Shown piece after piece: positions 37,056 through 49,450 of a DNA stretch of 64,000 bases. The stretch's first letter is position 1. Each line of letters begins with the position of its first letter. Location of the stretch: the NCBI GenBank assembly GCA_951406725.2, contig OX597814.1, positions 170,252,001 to 170,316,000 on the forward strand, written 5' to 3'. A program made the position numbers and the translations under genes. The notes below the pieces were generated by a model, which ran no database searches, was not told where the DNA came from, and saw only the letters and a program-made list of their open reading frames with translations. The stretch is from Octopus vulgaris (lineage: Eukaryota).

Positions 37056-37349
37056 TTGTTTGTTGCTTCGCAAACCACGCCTGGCTCATAAGGGCCGGTT
37101 TCCTTGCCGTATAGGTTCCCCACCTGGACGGGACGCCGGCCCGTTGCAGGTGAGCTGCAAGATACAGGAGGAAAGAGTGAGAGAAAGTTGTAGTGAAAGA
37201 GTCAGCAGAAGTTCACCATTACCTTCTGCTGGAGCCGCATGGAGCTTAGGTGTTTTGCTCATAAACACACACATCGCCCAGTCTGAGATTCGAACCCGTG
37301 ATCCCTTGACTGCAAGTCTGCTGCTCTAAGCACTAGGCCATGTGCCTCC
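37056..37349 (-). mobile_element. tRNA-derived SINE family D nested in a SINE A
   Basis: Minus head ggaggcacatggcctagtgcttagagc..gggttcgaatctc (A and B boxes); approximate TSD acaacctctggttg/acaacccctagttg. Confidence 0.8.
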
Positions 37350-37522
37350 ACACAACCCCTAGTTGACAAATGATAAAAAGAAAAGAAGACTGCTAGAATA
37401 AGTATCAAACTTGGAATATGTGTGTGGGTCAATTTAATTGACTAAAACCTTTCGTGGTGTACTCTTGCATGGTTGCAGTCCAATGACTGAAACAAGTACA
37501 ATAAAAGAATATATATATATAT

Positions 37523-40515
37523 AGAGTAAGAATAGCCTGGGCAAAGTTTAGAGAGCTCTTACCCCTGCTGGTGACAAAAGGCCTCTCGCTCAGAGTAAAA
37601 GGCAGACTGTATGATGCATGTGTACGTACAGCCATGCTACATGGTAGTGAAACATGGGCCGTGACTGCTGAGGATATGCGTAAGCTCGCAAGAAATGAAG
37701 CCAGTATGCTCCGATGGATGTGTAATGTCAGTGTTCATAATCGTCAGAGTGTAAGTTCCTTGAGAGAAAAGTTGAACCTAAGAAGTGTCAGTTGTGGTGT
37801 GCAAGAGAGACGGCTGCGCTGGTATGGTCATGTGACGAGAAAGGCTGAAGATAGTTGTGTGCAAAAGTGCTACACCCTAGCGGTTGAGGGAACCTGTGGA
37901 AGAGGTAGACCCAGGAAAACCTGGGACGAGGTGGTGAAGCACGACCTTCGAACTTTAGGTCTCACTAAGGAAATGTCTAGAGACCGAGACCTATGGAAGT
38001 ATGCTGTGCGTGAGAAGACCCGGCAAGACTAGTCAGGCCATAACCCATGGCCCCTACCTGGGACGTAGTCAGTCCTCCTGTGCATAGCTTCCTTCTTGTG
38101 ACACTTATGAAGACCTGTTGAGGCAAGTGAAAATCAAATCAAAACAAATCAAAATAGATGAACATCAGTGGAATTGTATTCTTTGTGGTACCAGTGCCGG
38201 TGGCACACAAGAAAACCACCCAAACGTGGCCGTAGCCAGTACCGCATCGACTGGCCTCCGTGCTGTGGGCACAACAAACACCATCCGATCGTGGCCGTTC
38301 GCCAGCCTCACCTGGCACCTGTGTCGGTGGCACATAAAGACACCATCCGAAGACCCGGCGACGTAGTCAGTCCACCTGTGCATACCTTCCCTCTTATGAC
38401 ACTTGTGAAGACCTGTTGAGGCAAGTGTGTGACACTTGTGAAGACCTGTTGAGGCAGAGGCAAGTGTGTGACACTTGTGGAGACCTGTTGAGGCAAGTGT
38501 GTGACCCTTGTGAAGACCTGTTGAGGCAAGTGAAAATGAAACCAAATCAAAATAGATGAACATCAATGGAATTTGTATCTTTGTGGTTCCAGTACCGGTG
38601 GCACACAAGAAAACCATCCGAACATGGCCGTAGCCAGTACCGCATCGACTGGCCCCCGTGCTGTGGGCACAACAAACACCATCTGATCGTGGCCGTTCGC
38701 CAGCCTCATCTGGCACCTGTGTCGGTGGCACATAAAAACACCATCCGAAGACCCGGCGACGTAGTCAGTTCACCTGTGCATACCTTCCCTCTTATGACAC
38801 TTGTGAAGACCTGTTGAGGCAGAGGCAAGTGTGTGACACTTTGTGAAGACCTGTTGAGGCAGAGGCAAGGGTGTGACACTTGTGGAGACCTGTTGAGGCA
38901 AGTGTGTGACACTTGTGAAGACCTGTTGAGGCAAGTGAAAATCAAACCAAATCAAAATAGATGAACATCAATGGAATTTGTATCTTTGTGGTTCCAGTAC
39001 CGGTGGCACACAAGAAAACCATCCGATCGTGGCCGTTCGCCAGCCTCATCTGGCACCTGTGTCGGTGGCACATAAAAACACCATCCGAAGTCCCGGCGAC
39101 GTAGTCAGTCCACCTGTGCATACCTCCCTACTTATGACACTTGTGAAGACCTGTTGAGGCAAGTGTGTGACACTTGTATAGACCTGTTGAGGCAAGTGAA
39201 AATGAAAATCAAATCAAATCAAATCAAATCAAATCAAACCAAATCAAAATAGATGAACATCAATGGAATTTGTATCTTTGTGGTACCAGTACCGGTGGCA
39301 CACAAGAAAACCATCCGAACGTGGCCGTAGCCAGTACCGCATCGACTGGCCTCTGTGATGTGGGCACATAACAAACACCATCCGATCGTGGCCGTCCGCC
39401 AGCCTCATCTGGCACCTGTGTCGGTGGCACATAAAAACACCAACCGAAGACCCGGCAAGACTAGTCAGGCCATAACCCGTGGCCCCTACTTGGGACGTAG
39501 TCAGTCCACCTGTGCATACCTTCCTTCCTTCTTGTGACACTTGTGAAGACCTGTTGAGGCAAGTGAAAATCAAATCAAATCAAGTCAAAATAGATGAACA
39601 TCAATGGAATTTGTGTCTTTGTGGTACCAGGGCCGGTGGCACACAGGAAAGCCATCCGAACGTGGCCGTGGCCAGTGCCGCATCGACTGGCCTCCGTGCT
39701 GTGGGCACGCAACAAACACCATCCGATCGTGGACGTTTGCCAGCCTCATCTGGCACCTGTGTCGGTGGCACATAAAAACACCATCCGAAGACCCGGCAAG
39801 ACTAGTCAGGCCATAACCCGTGGCCCCTGCCTGGGACGTTGTCAGTCCACCTGTGCATACCTTCCTTCTTGTGACAATTGTGAAGACCTGTTGAGGCAAG
39901 TGAAAATCAAATCAAAATAGATGAACATCAATGGAATTTGTATCTTTGTGGTACCAGCGCCGGTGGCACACAAGAAATTCATCCGAACGTGGCCGTAGCC
40001 AGTATCGCATAGACTGGCCTCCGTGCTTTGGGGACGTAACAAACACCATCCGATCGTGGCCGTCCGCCAGCCTCATCTGGCACCTGTGTCGGTGGCACAT
40101 AAAAACACCATCCGAGCGAGGCCGTTCGCCAGCCTCGACTGGCACCTGTGTCGGTGGCACATAAAAACACCATCCGAGCGTGGCCGTTCGCCAGCCTCGA
40201 CTGGCACCTGTGTCGGTGGCACATAAAAACACCATCCGAGCGTGGCCGTTCGCCAGCCTCGACTGGCACCTGTGTCGGTGGCACATAAAAACACCATCCG
40301 AGCGTGGCCGTTCGCCAGCCTCGACTGGCACCTGTGTCGGTGGCACATAAAATCACCCACTACACTCTCGGAGTGGTTGGCGTTAGGAAGGGCATCCAGC
40401 TGTAGAAACACTGCCAGATCTGACTGGCCTGGTGCAGCCTTCGGGCTCCCCAGACCCCAGTTGAACCGTCCAACCCATGCTAGCATGGAAAACGGACGCT
40501 AAATGATGATGATGA
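37523..40515 (+). mobile_element. 5'-truncated RTE LINE with a massively tandem-expanded 3'UTR
   Basis: Open RT C-terminal ORF 37571-38032 (HGSETW, RRLRWYGHV, GRGRPRKTW); 38030-40350 consists of nested repeats; (TGA)n tail at ~40503-40515. Confidence 0.92.
40079..40352. repeat. 62-bp tandem repeat, ~4.5 copies, within the RTE 3'UTR
   Basis: ggcacctgtgtcggtggcacataaaaac recurs at 40079, 40141, 40203, 40265 and 40327. Confidence 0.92.
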
Positions 40516-40519
40516 TACA

Positions 40520-40843
40520 CACATGGATTACATTGGTCTCTTCCGTTGATGAGAAATCACCCCAATACACCACAACATTTGAACTTTTCTGAATGTTTTT
40601 TGTACTTTTGCTTTTTCCTATTGTTTTTGTCCACCTCTGTCTGGCCATCACCATGATTGACTGCTATCTACTAAAACTTTCTTTTCTTATTCCCTCTCTG
40701 TTTATTTTCTTGTGTCCCTTTCTGTTGAAAAATGTAGGCTTGAAATGTAAAAGATTTTCTCACCTTCCTGAGCATTAAACTAATACACCTGTTTGTTGTT
40801 TACACACCTGTCTTCGTCTTCTGTTTTTTGTAAATTCCAACTA
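40520..40843 (+). mobile_element. Diverged copy of the hammerhead-bearing element (family of 17862-18547)
   Basis: Aligns to the reverse complement of 17869-18300: ccatgattgac..ctttCTGTTGAaaaatgtaggcttGAAAtgtaaaaga..ttcctgagc..actaatac..cacctgtcttcgtctt; ends at (TA)n. Confidence 0.7.
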
Positions 40844-40912
40844 ATTATATATATATGTGACCGCGTGTGTATCGTTGGCGATTTTTTTTCCTCCATCTTT
40901 CCTTTTCTTATG

Positions 40913-40945
40913 TTTCTGATGAAGAGCTCTGCTCGAAACGTTGAA
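40913..40945 (+). ncRNA. Minimal type-I hammerhead-like motif with canonical CUGAUGA core (sister family, element ~40858-41040)
   Basis: UUU-CUGAUGA-A-GAGC(UCU)GCUC-GAAA-CG-UU^-GAA; palindromic AACGUU; stem I is short or decayed. Confidence 0.6.
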
Positions 40946-41054
40946 ATCCTCCTTTCTTTCCTTAGCATCCAATAACACTATACTTGTTCCACTTCCTCGT
41001 GTTGTGTTATCTCATTGTGTTTTCATGTTTGGATTAACACTATATATATATATA

Positions 41055-41415
41055 TATTCTTTAACTTGTTTCTGCCATTTGACTGTGCCCATGCTGGAGC
41101 ACTGCCTTAAAATGTTTAGTTGAAGAAATCAATCCCAGGATTTATTCTTTATAAGCCTAGTATTTATTTCATCGGTCTCTTTTGCCAGATCACTAAGTTA
41201 TGGGGGCGTAAGCACACAAACACCAGTTGTCAAGCAATGGGGGTGGGACAAATGCAGACACACACACACAAATATATATACAATGGGCTTCTTTCAGTTT
41301 CCATCTACCAAATTCACTGAGGCTACAGTAGAAGACACTTGCCCAAGATGCCACACAGTGGGACTGAACCTGGAACAATGTAGTTGGGAAGCAAGCTTCT
41401 TACCATACAGCCATA
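41055..41415 (-). mobile_element. SINE family A
   Basis: Matches the family consensus. Confidence 0.85.
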
Positions 41416-41805
41416 CGACAAGAGTATTAAATTTGTTTTAAAACAAAGATGAATGTTCACATGTACTTTGCAAAAAAAAATACACCTACACCAATACTGA
41501 GCATTTATATAATGCAAGTTTTCTAAATATCCTGATATCTTCCTATTCACCTCAAAAACCCATCACACACAAATGTGCATGGTACAATGGTTAAAAACTT
41601 TTGATCTAGAAAGATAAATATTTTCTTTATTATAAGTGCAGTATAGTGTGTCATTTGACTACTTCTTAGTAAAACAAATATCTGTTATCTATGACCATCA
41701 CTATAGACTTCTGGGTTGTAAGCTTCATACCTTTCCCAAAGGCATCAGTTGAATCTGAGAACTGAGTCTAAGTTGCAGTTAATTGCTCAATACATTAGCA
41801 TTGTT

Positions 41806-42195
41806 GAGGCGGCGAGCTGGCAGAATCGTTAGCATTCTGGGTGAAATGCTTAGCGGTATTTCGTCTGCTGCTACGTTGAGAGTTCAAATTCCGCCAAGGT
41901 CGACTTTACCTTTCATCCTTTCGGGGTCGATTAAATAAGTACCAGTTATGCACTGGGGTCAATGTAATCGACTTAATTCGTTTGTCTGTCCTTGTGTTTG
42001 GCCCCTTGTGGGTAGTAAAGAAATAGGTATTTCGTCTGTCTTTACGTTCTAAGTTCAAATTCTGCCATGGTTGACTTTGCCTTTCATCCTTTCGGGATCG
42101 ATAAATTAAGTACCAGTTACATACTGGGGTCGATCTAATCAACTGGCCACGTCCCCAGAAATTTGGGGCCTCGTACCTAGAGTAGAAAAGAATAT
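41806..42195 (+). mobile_element. Family-B SINE dimer
   Basis: Head ggcggcgagctggcagaatcg; core present twice; 12-bp TSD attagcattgtt (41794-41805 / 42196-42207). Confidence 0.88.
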
Positions 42196-42243
42196 ATTAG
42201 CATTGTTCTATTTTGGTACTCACTATATAAACAGTATTTTTAG

Positions 42244-42443
42244 CCCTTTAGCTTTCAGATTACTCTGTCAAATGTAATGCTTATTTATTCACATTATTTT
42301 GAACTAATCTTGGATTATCTCATAGTTTTGAGATTTTAGTTTTAGAATGACAATGTAGGGTAGGTGTGAGAGGCTGGTCTTGGCTAGTTTGAACAAAAAA
42401 CAGAATATTTGGGCCAGATATGGCTGGTTTCAGTGCTAATGGG
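42244..42443. mobile_element. piggyBac-type MITE
   Basis: ttag|ccctttag..ctaatggg|ttaa; family of 7089-7309. Confidence 0.75.
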
Positions 42444-42539
42444 TTAATTTTGAAAAGTGTAAGAATACACCCTATTGATTACAAAAAATCAACTGTGTTT
42501 AGTTTCCTTCTATCCAATGTGTATGTATGCAAAAATTAT

Positions 42540-42847
42540 CAGGTGCTCTCAACCACTTTTTATCTATGGACCCCTTTGATTACTATTTTATTCTGGTGGA
42601 GCCCCATTGCCATTCGATGTTTAAAATCTAGTTAATAGAAACTTCTTTCAAAAGTCCTGTTTTGTTTCTCACACATTAACTTGTGTTGATTGAATTAGGT
42701 AAAATGTTAGAGAAAGAAACTTAGCTGTTGCTTGCAATACATACCAATACATACATCTAAAGCAAAATTTTTTCAGGGACCTATAAAATACTATTGTGGA
42801 ACCCCACTCTACTATTTTGTTCCGTGGATCCCGGTTGAGAACCACTG
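42540..42847. mobile_element. hAT (Charlie-like) MITE
   Basis: caggtgctctcaacc ... ggttgagaaccactg; homologous to 16321-16878 without the piggyBac insert. Confidence 0.8.
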
Positions 42848-43531
42848 TTTTAGAGTGTTAGTGTATGTGTGTCAATTAAGTTATATGTGGTTTCTGTAAG
42901 AGCATATTTATGTATTCGTATTTTTATCAGTTATCTTTTAGGTTTCTTATATTTCACATTTATCAAAAGTCTCACAGTGTCTCCATATACTGTATAGCTT
43001 GTAAAATTAGCTTTGTATTTGTACAGAAGTTTAAGTAAACACTATTTCTTCCTGTATTCTAAGCAAGGCTTCAATTGTTGTTCTTTATCTAAACTGTTTT
43101 TATAATGCTGAATCTTGGAATATATCACTTCCACTGAAGCTCACAGCACTTTTGGAACATGCCTGAAGTGTTCGTATTTATCTAGGGTAATCATCCTGGT
43201 GTCTTCCAATCCTAGTTACTAATTGTAGATTTCTCAGCACTGTAAACTACTTACCAAATTTATAACATTGCTGCTAAAATCAACAAGTTATATTGACTAT
43301 ATACTATTTTCAGCTAAGTTGACCAAGCTATTTGTGAGTTCAGTGTCTTAGTTATGCCACAATACTATGCCTCTGACAAAAATATGAACCACAAATGTCT
43401 TAGGTGTCCAACATTCCATCCACTTGGGATTGTATAGTAAATCATTGTTAAATACCTCTGCAATCCAATTCCAGTATCTGCTTTGTTGCACAGAAATGAT
43501 GTTTACTTAAATTGTGGTAGGGTGTGATTAA

Positions 43532-43745
43532 CCCTTTAAATTTATTCAGATTACTCTGTCAAATGTAATGCTTATATAGTCATACTTGTTTTAAATTAGT
43601 CATCCATTATCTTGTAACTTTGAGGTTTTGATGACATGATTGTTTATTTGTTGAATGATATTGTAGGGTAGGTATGAAAGATAGGATCTGGTTGGTTTGA
43701 AAAGAAATCAAGTGGAAGGTTTTGGCCAGTTTAAATGCTAAAGGG
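43532..43745. mobile_element. piggyBac-type MITE
   Basis: TTAA|CCCTTTA ... TAAAGGG|TTAA. Confidence 0.85.
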
Positions 43746-44419
43746 TTAAAATGTCTTATATCTCAAATCTTATCTTTAAAGAAGATGGACAAATGAGATT
43801 GTGTTGTCCATGACAGGCAAGGACATAACTGGAATGTGTTTAATCTTAGGTCTTCTCGATTAGTGATGGCTTGGAGTTTAGCCGAAACTGAAAAAATTAA
43901 GCTCCCAGGTGACCTTATAACAATGAAGCTTGTACATGTTTGCATGAACTGGTAGGAATAGTGACCAAATATTTTTCAAATCACACTATATCATTTATAA
44001 AGATGAAGTACTTTCAGATAAACAAAGCAAAAAGAAAAGAGAAATCACAGTTGGAATGCTTTGATATCATAGAACTATAGGCAGTTTCGAGCAGGCTGGT
44101 ATCAAAAGAGTTTTAAAAAATACTTAAGAGAAGACTGTAGTCTGAGGGGCTGTCTGAAAAGAGGATGATCATGGCTGGAATGCCATTGATCATAGGTCTG
44201 CTTGGTCAGGACTGACCTGGGCACAAAAAAAAAACACTGGTAGTTGACAGAAAGATTGACATTTATTTCCAGTTTACTTGGATGCTATTCAGGAGACAAA
44301 CAAGACTTTGATCTTATCCAAAAAGCTGAGAAGTGATTATAAGCGACAAATCATACATATGTAGACAGTGACTAACGTTTTATTTCAGTGTCTAAGATTG
44401 GTCACTGTTAATTAGATAA

Positions 44420-44633
44420 TCCTTTCTTCTATAGGCACAAGGCTTGAAATTGTGGGCGAGGAGACTAGTCAATTACATTGACACCAGTGTTTCACTGGTA
44501 CTTAATTTATTGACCCTGAAAGGATGAAAGGCAAAGTCAACCATGGCAGAATTTGAACTCAGAACATAGCAACTGGTGAAATACCACTAAGCATTTTGTC
44601 CAACATGCTAACGATTCTGCCAGCTCGCCACCT
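44420..44633 (-). mobile_element. SINE family B
   Basis: Full copy with head aaggtggcgagctggcagaatcg on the minus strand. Confidence 0.85.
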
Positions 44634-45214
44634 TATTGTTAATTAATTAGATAATGATATTCAAACTAATAACGTGGTCTTCAGAAATTTTAATATATTC
44701 ATCTATGCAATGTTTCAATGGGTTTCATCTCTGTTCTTTATCATCAGGTGTTTTATTTCTGTGCGTGTGTATGTGCATACACAGTTATAATGACCTTTAC
44801 CACTATGCTACTGACTTATATACATGTGTCACTGACCTTCCGGATAAATATGTTTTGTTTTAGGTTCTTAGTCCAAATGTAGTCTGGGACTGCGTATGCA
44901 CTCTGGAATAATTCATGTGTTGACAATCTGAGATTAAACTGATCAAAATGTTGTTATGATATATATAAAAAAAAAATTATTTACATAATTAATAATGAGA
45001 TTATGTCTGAAATATTATCTTAACAACATTTTTCCTACTGAATATTCATGTCTAATCTAAAGCTTCTTCGTTTGATTAACTTCTTGTTTTAAGTTTTTGC
45101 TAATTTAAGAATAAAAATTGAAGCAACCATAGAAAAAAATACACTCTAAACTCTATAACCTCGATATTTTTCTTTTAGTTTTTTCTTTAATTTATGTACA
45201 AATAATGTTATTTC

Positions 45215-45482
45215 GTGGAGACGCGTGGCTTAGTGGTTAGGGTGTCAACATCATGATCGTAAGATTGTGGTTTCAATTCTTGGATCGGGCAGCGCGTTGT
45301 GTTCTTAAGCAGAACACTTCATTTTACGTCGCTCCAGTCCACTCAGCTGGTAAAAATGAGTAATGCTGCGATGGACTGGCATCCCATCCAGATGGGGAAC
45401 ACATACGCCATTGAAACCAGGAAACCAGGACCATGAGCCTGGCTAGGTTTTAAAAGGGCGCATTTATTTATTTACTTATTAT
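45215..45482 (+). mobile_element. tRNA-derived SINE (family C-related)
   Basis: gtggagacgcgtggcttagtggttagg..ggtttcaattc; 12-bp TSD taatgttatttc (45203-45214 / 45483-45494); (TTTA)n tail. Confidence 0.85.
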
Positions 45483-46521
45483 TAATGTTATTTCAATGAG
45501 GTATTTCTTCAAATATTGGTCCAAATTGGATAGGTTACAATTTGGCTGTAAATAAAAATAAAGAGGAGTGGAGAAAAGCTTTAAATCTTCTGAAAATATT
45601 GTCTCTGCTTAGTTTCTGTGTATGAATAATATTCACATACATATATTTATGTGTATGCATGTATAAGCATGTTTGCGTGAGGAAAAATATTCACACCAAA
45701 AGTTATAGAATTTCAATTGTGTATGCATGAGAATTAAACTGTTACTTTTCTTGAAAGTACCTTTTTGAAAAAAACCTACAATGTAGATATCTGCTGCCAA
45801 TTTTTCTGAAGATAATTAAAATCAAGTATTTACAATATATTGGCTCGAGCAATTCTTGCTTCGGGCATAATTTTCTTAAATTTATTTTCTATTTGCTACT
45901 ATTTCTGTTACGACTTGGGATACTTAATTCCATCTATGGTAGTGTAACAGTTGTTGTTTAGTTCCAGATATCTGTTGATCAAGGAGACCTATTGATCAAT
46001 GGCATTTCAGTTATGGCTGTATTTTTTTCTTTCTTTTTCTCTTTATCTCTATCCAATCTCTTTCTTGTTTTTTTTTAAGACAGTAGGGTGTGTGATTTGA
46101 AGATTTGGCTCCTTATTTCAGCAAGTCAATTATATAAAGGCTCCTTTGCATGTGTTTGTGTGTGTATGGAACTGTGTAACAAAAGTGTTGAAAAATATGT
46201 GAGTATATATGTGTGTGTATGTATATGTTTATATTTATATTTATTCATGTGCATATATGGTTTATCTCAATTCTATATTATAAATCCGTGGTTGCGCTCT
46301 AGTCAAACAGGTTTGTACACAGTGATATATAAGATATATATGGTTATAACCAGAAATGGCTTTGAGTAAAGTAGTATTAATTTTCTTAGGTTGTTCAATT
46401 TTCCTTAATTGTTCAATAAACCAATAGAGTAAACCTATCAGTAATGTACCTATAATAACTACTGGAAACAGCTGTAAAGCAAATTTGCTCCAATAAAAGA
46501 AAATATGTAATAACCATTGTT

Positions 46522-46558
<37 letters not shown>

Positions 46559-46574
46559 GAGAGAGAGTGTTTTA

Positions 46575-46920
46575 TCATCTTTTACTTGTTTTAGTAATTG
46601 GACTGTAGCCATGCTGGTTATAACCTTGAAGGGTTTAGCCAAGCAAATTGACCACCCAGTACTTATTCTATAGATCTCTTTTTGTTGAACCACTAAGTTA
46701 CAAAAACAAACCAACACTTGGTTGTCAAGCAGTAATCAGGAACAAATATAATCACAATGACACACATACATATACACACATACAACAGGCTTCTACATAG
46801 TTTACACCTACCAAATTCACTCACAAAGTATTGGTCATCCTGTGGTGAAGGTCTATAATTGAAGATTCTTGCTCAAAGGACTGCATAGAGGGACTGAACC
46901 ATGTGGTTGTAAATTGAGCT
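46575..46920 (-). mobile_element. Diverged SINE family A
   Basis: tttacttgttt..gccatgctgg..ctaccaaattcactcacaa..gggactgaacc. Confidence 0.75.
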
Positions 46921-48059
46921 GAACACAAAGGCAGTAGACTGATGAGAGAATTGTTAAAGCATGGGATGAAACATGTAGCCATATTTGTTCAAGCTCTTTA
47001 TGTTCTGAGTTCATCTGTAACAGTACTGGTGCAAGGCTATGTAGGCTCTTGTCTTCTCTGTGGACAACATGTGGTAAAGAAAGAGGAGACTTGCTAGTTT
47101 TCCATAAGAAACCATGTCATGGCTTGTTTTCTGGATGGGGACTTTCCTGGTGAAGATATATAGTCAACCCTGAAAATACTATCAGTAGATATGACCTCAT
47201 ACTTCATATGTTGGTATTTTATCAGTATAGCCATTTCATTATTATCATCGTTTAATGTCTGTTCTCCCTCCATGCTGGCATGGGTTGGATAGTCTGACAG
47301 GAGCTGGTGAACCAGTGGACTGTACCAAGCTCTACTGTCTGTTTTGGAGTGGTTTCTATGATTAGATGTCCTTTATAATGCCAACCCCATTATAGAGTGG
47401 ACTGAGTGCTTTTTATGTGGCACCAGAACCAGCAAGGTCACCAAGTAACTTTCAAGAAAAGACACCCCGCCTCAACTGAGAAGGGATGTAGTATTTGAGA
47501 GAGGTACCTTCATGCCAGGTGACAAGGGATTAAAGTATGATAGAGGAACGGTTACAGTTATCTTGCTGCAGAAGAGACACATAGCCACCCCAGTTGGAAT
47601 AAAGAGACAGGGGGAGAGAGAGAGAGAGAATACCATATAAATTGTTCAAATTTTGATACATTTCTCAGAATTTGCTTTTTCAGTACAGGAACATATATAA
47701 TCCGTTTATTTTAAAATGTTCATTTTGTCACTAACATACTGTCAATGTATATATATTTCTTCCTGTGACTCTTATTTGTTGGTCAGTTATATTGCAGGTT
47801 ATATGTAATATCAGCTACTAACAATACTATGTAATTTAATTTCGGTTTTAACTTTAGTATTATTGATTGCTGTTTAATGGGGAGAAAGACCGAGTTCTGT
47901 GTTATTCAACTATTTTCATATTGTTCCTTTGTTATTATATGTTATTTTTCTATCAACCTCTAACCAATGAGATTACTATTTCCTTTCTGTCGTCTATATT
48001 CATCTTGAATAACAGTGTTAAAAGACATGTTTACAACCAATCCATCATTCCAACAAATT

Positions 48060-48470
48060 TCTTACAGCACAGAAACATTGAACCTGACAAAAGAACTAAC
48101 AAGCTCAGAACAGCTCAAAATACTTGCAAACACATTGTGCTTGAAGTAATAATGTAGCAGGACCATTAAATAATAAAATTAATATGAAAACAAACAAAAC
48201 AAGATGATGTTTTCACATATATGAAATTATTGAAATGGAGTTTGCCTGGAGACATCCAAAAGATGAGTGAGAACAGGTGGATGTAAAAGCTAACAGACAA
48301 GAGTCTGGCAGACCACAAAAGAAAAAAGAGGACAACAGTAAACAATTGGGGGAATGGACTGGATAAGATTTAACTAAAATTGAAGATCAGAAATGCTATG
48401 ATAAAAGAATGGAATATTTAGCAGAAAGTGTTTACACAGTGAGGCAACAGTGGCAAATTTGATTGATAAT
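48060..48470 (+). mobile_element. Highly decayed RTE-type LINE 3' relic
   Basis: ..KLRTAQ..LLKWSLPGDIQKMSENRW..KLTD.. resembles the RTE KWxWAGHxxR..DxRW motif. Confidence 0.45.
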
Positions 48471-49450
48471 ACTGTCGAAACATGCTTGCAACTATCCTGG
48501 ATTCATGGTTTGCAATTGTTAGTATTCATTCATAAATCTTAAAGTGACTGGTCATAGAATTGAAAAGCAGTGAGGAAAAAAAGTACGTTGTAGTAGTTAG
48601 TTATGTTATTTTATGTTCTGTGTTCAAATCCCATTGAAGTTATCCTTGATGGTCATTCTTCCAAGATCAGCAAAGTAAGAACCAGTCAAATACTAAACTC
48701 TCATCAAATTTGTGGCTTGTTCTTTAATTACAAATTGCAATTATTATTATTAAGTGGCAAGCTGGCAGAACCATTAGCATGTTGGGTAAGTGCTTAGCAG
48801 CATTCTGTCTTTATGTTCTGAGTTAAAATTCGGGGTCAATAAAATAAGTACCAGTTGAGCACTGGGGCTGTTGTAATCAACTTATTCCCTCCTCCCAAGA
48901 TTGCTGGCCTTGTGCTAAAATCTGAAAACATTTTTGTTAAGGTGGCAAGCTGGCAAAATTGTTAGTGTTGGAAGAAGTACCTTGCAGTATTTCTTCTGAC
49001 TCTTTATGTGCTGGTTTCAGATTTCATCAAAGTCATCTTTGTCTTTCATTCTTTTGGGGGTCAATAAAATACCAGTCATGTACTGGACTTGATGTAATCA
49101 ATTTGTTCCCTTCTCTAAAAATTGCTAGCTTTGTGCCAAAATTAGAAGAAATTGTTATTATTATGGTAGTGGACAAGACAGCAAGCTGGTAGAATCATTA
49201 GTTAGTATCAAAAGAGTTAATTCCCAAATGTCTCAATTCAGTACTTTGACCATTTTCTGACAATATTTCTAATAAATTACACTGCCTGTGTATTTTTAAT
49301 TAATATTCAAGAATTCAGAGTGATTTGATGACATAACCTGTTCACAATCAAGGTTTGTTTTTGGAATGTAACTCAAGAATTATGATAGAAGATTTGAAAT
49401 CAAATACGACTGACCATCTTTGTTAGGTTGGACTGTTGAATGTGTTCTAT

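Noticed and set aside
37275-37349. tRNA-like sequences with A/B boxes (also at 45215 and the family-A heads)
   Set aside because: They continue into SINE bodies, have TSDs or tails, and lack a proper acceptor stem; they are not tRNA genes.
37571-38032. Open 153-aa ORF as a host gene
   Set aside because: It is the C-terminus of an RTE reverse transcriptase in a 5'-truncated LINE.
38395-38940. CRISPR-like 32-39-bp repeats (gtgacacttgtgaagacctgttgaggcaag)
   Set aside because: The repeats are contiguous with no unique spacers, lie inside an RTE 3'UTR in eukaryotic DNA, and no cas genes are present.
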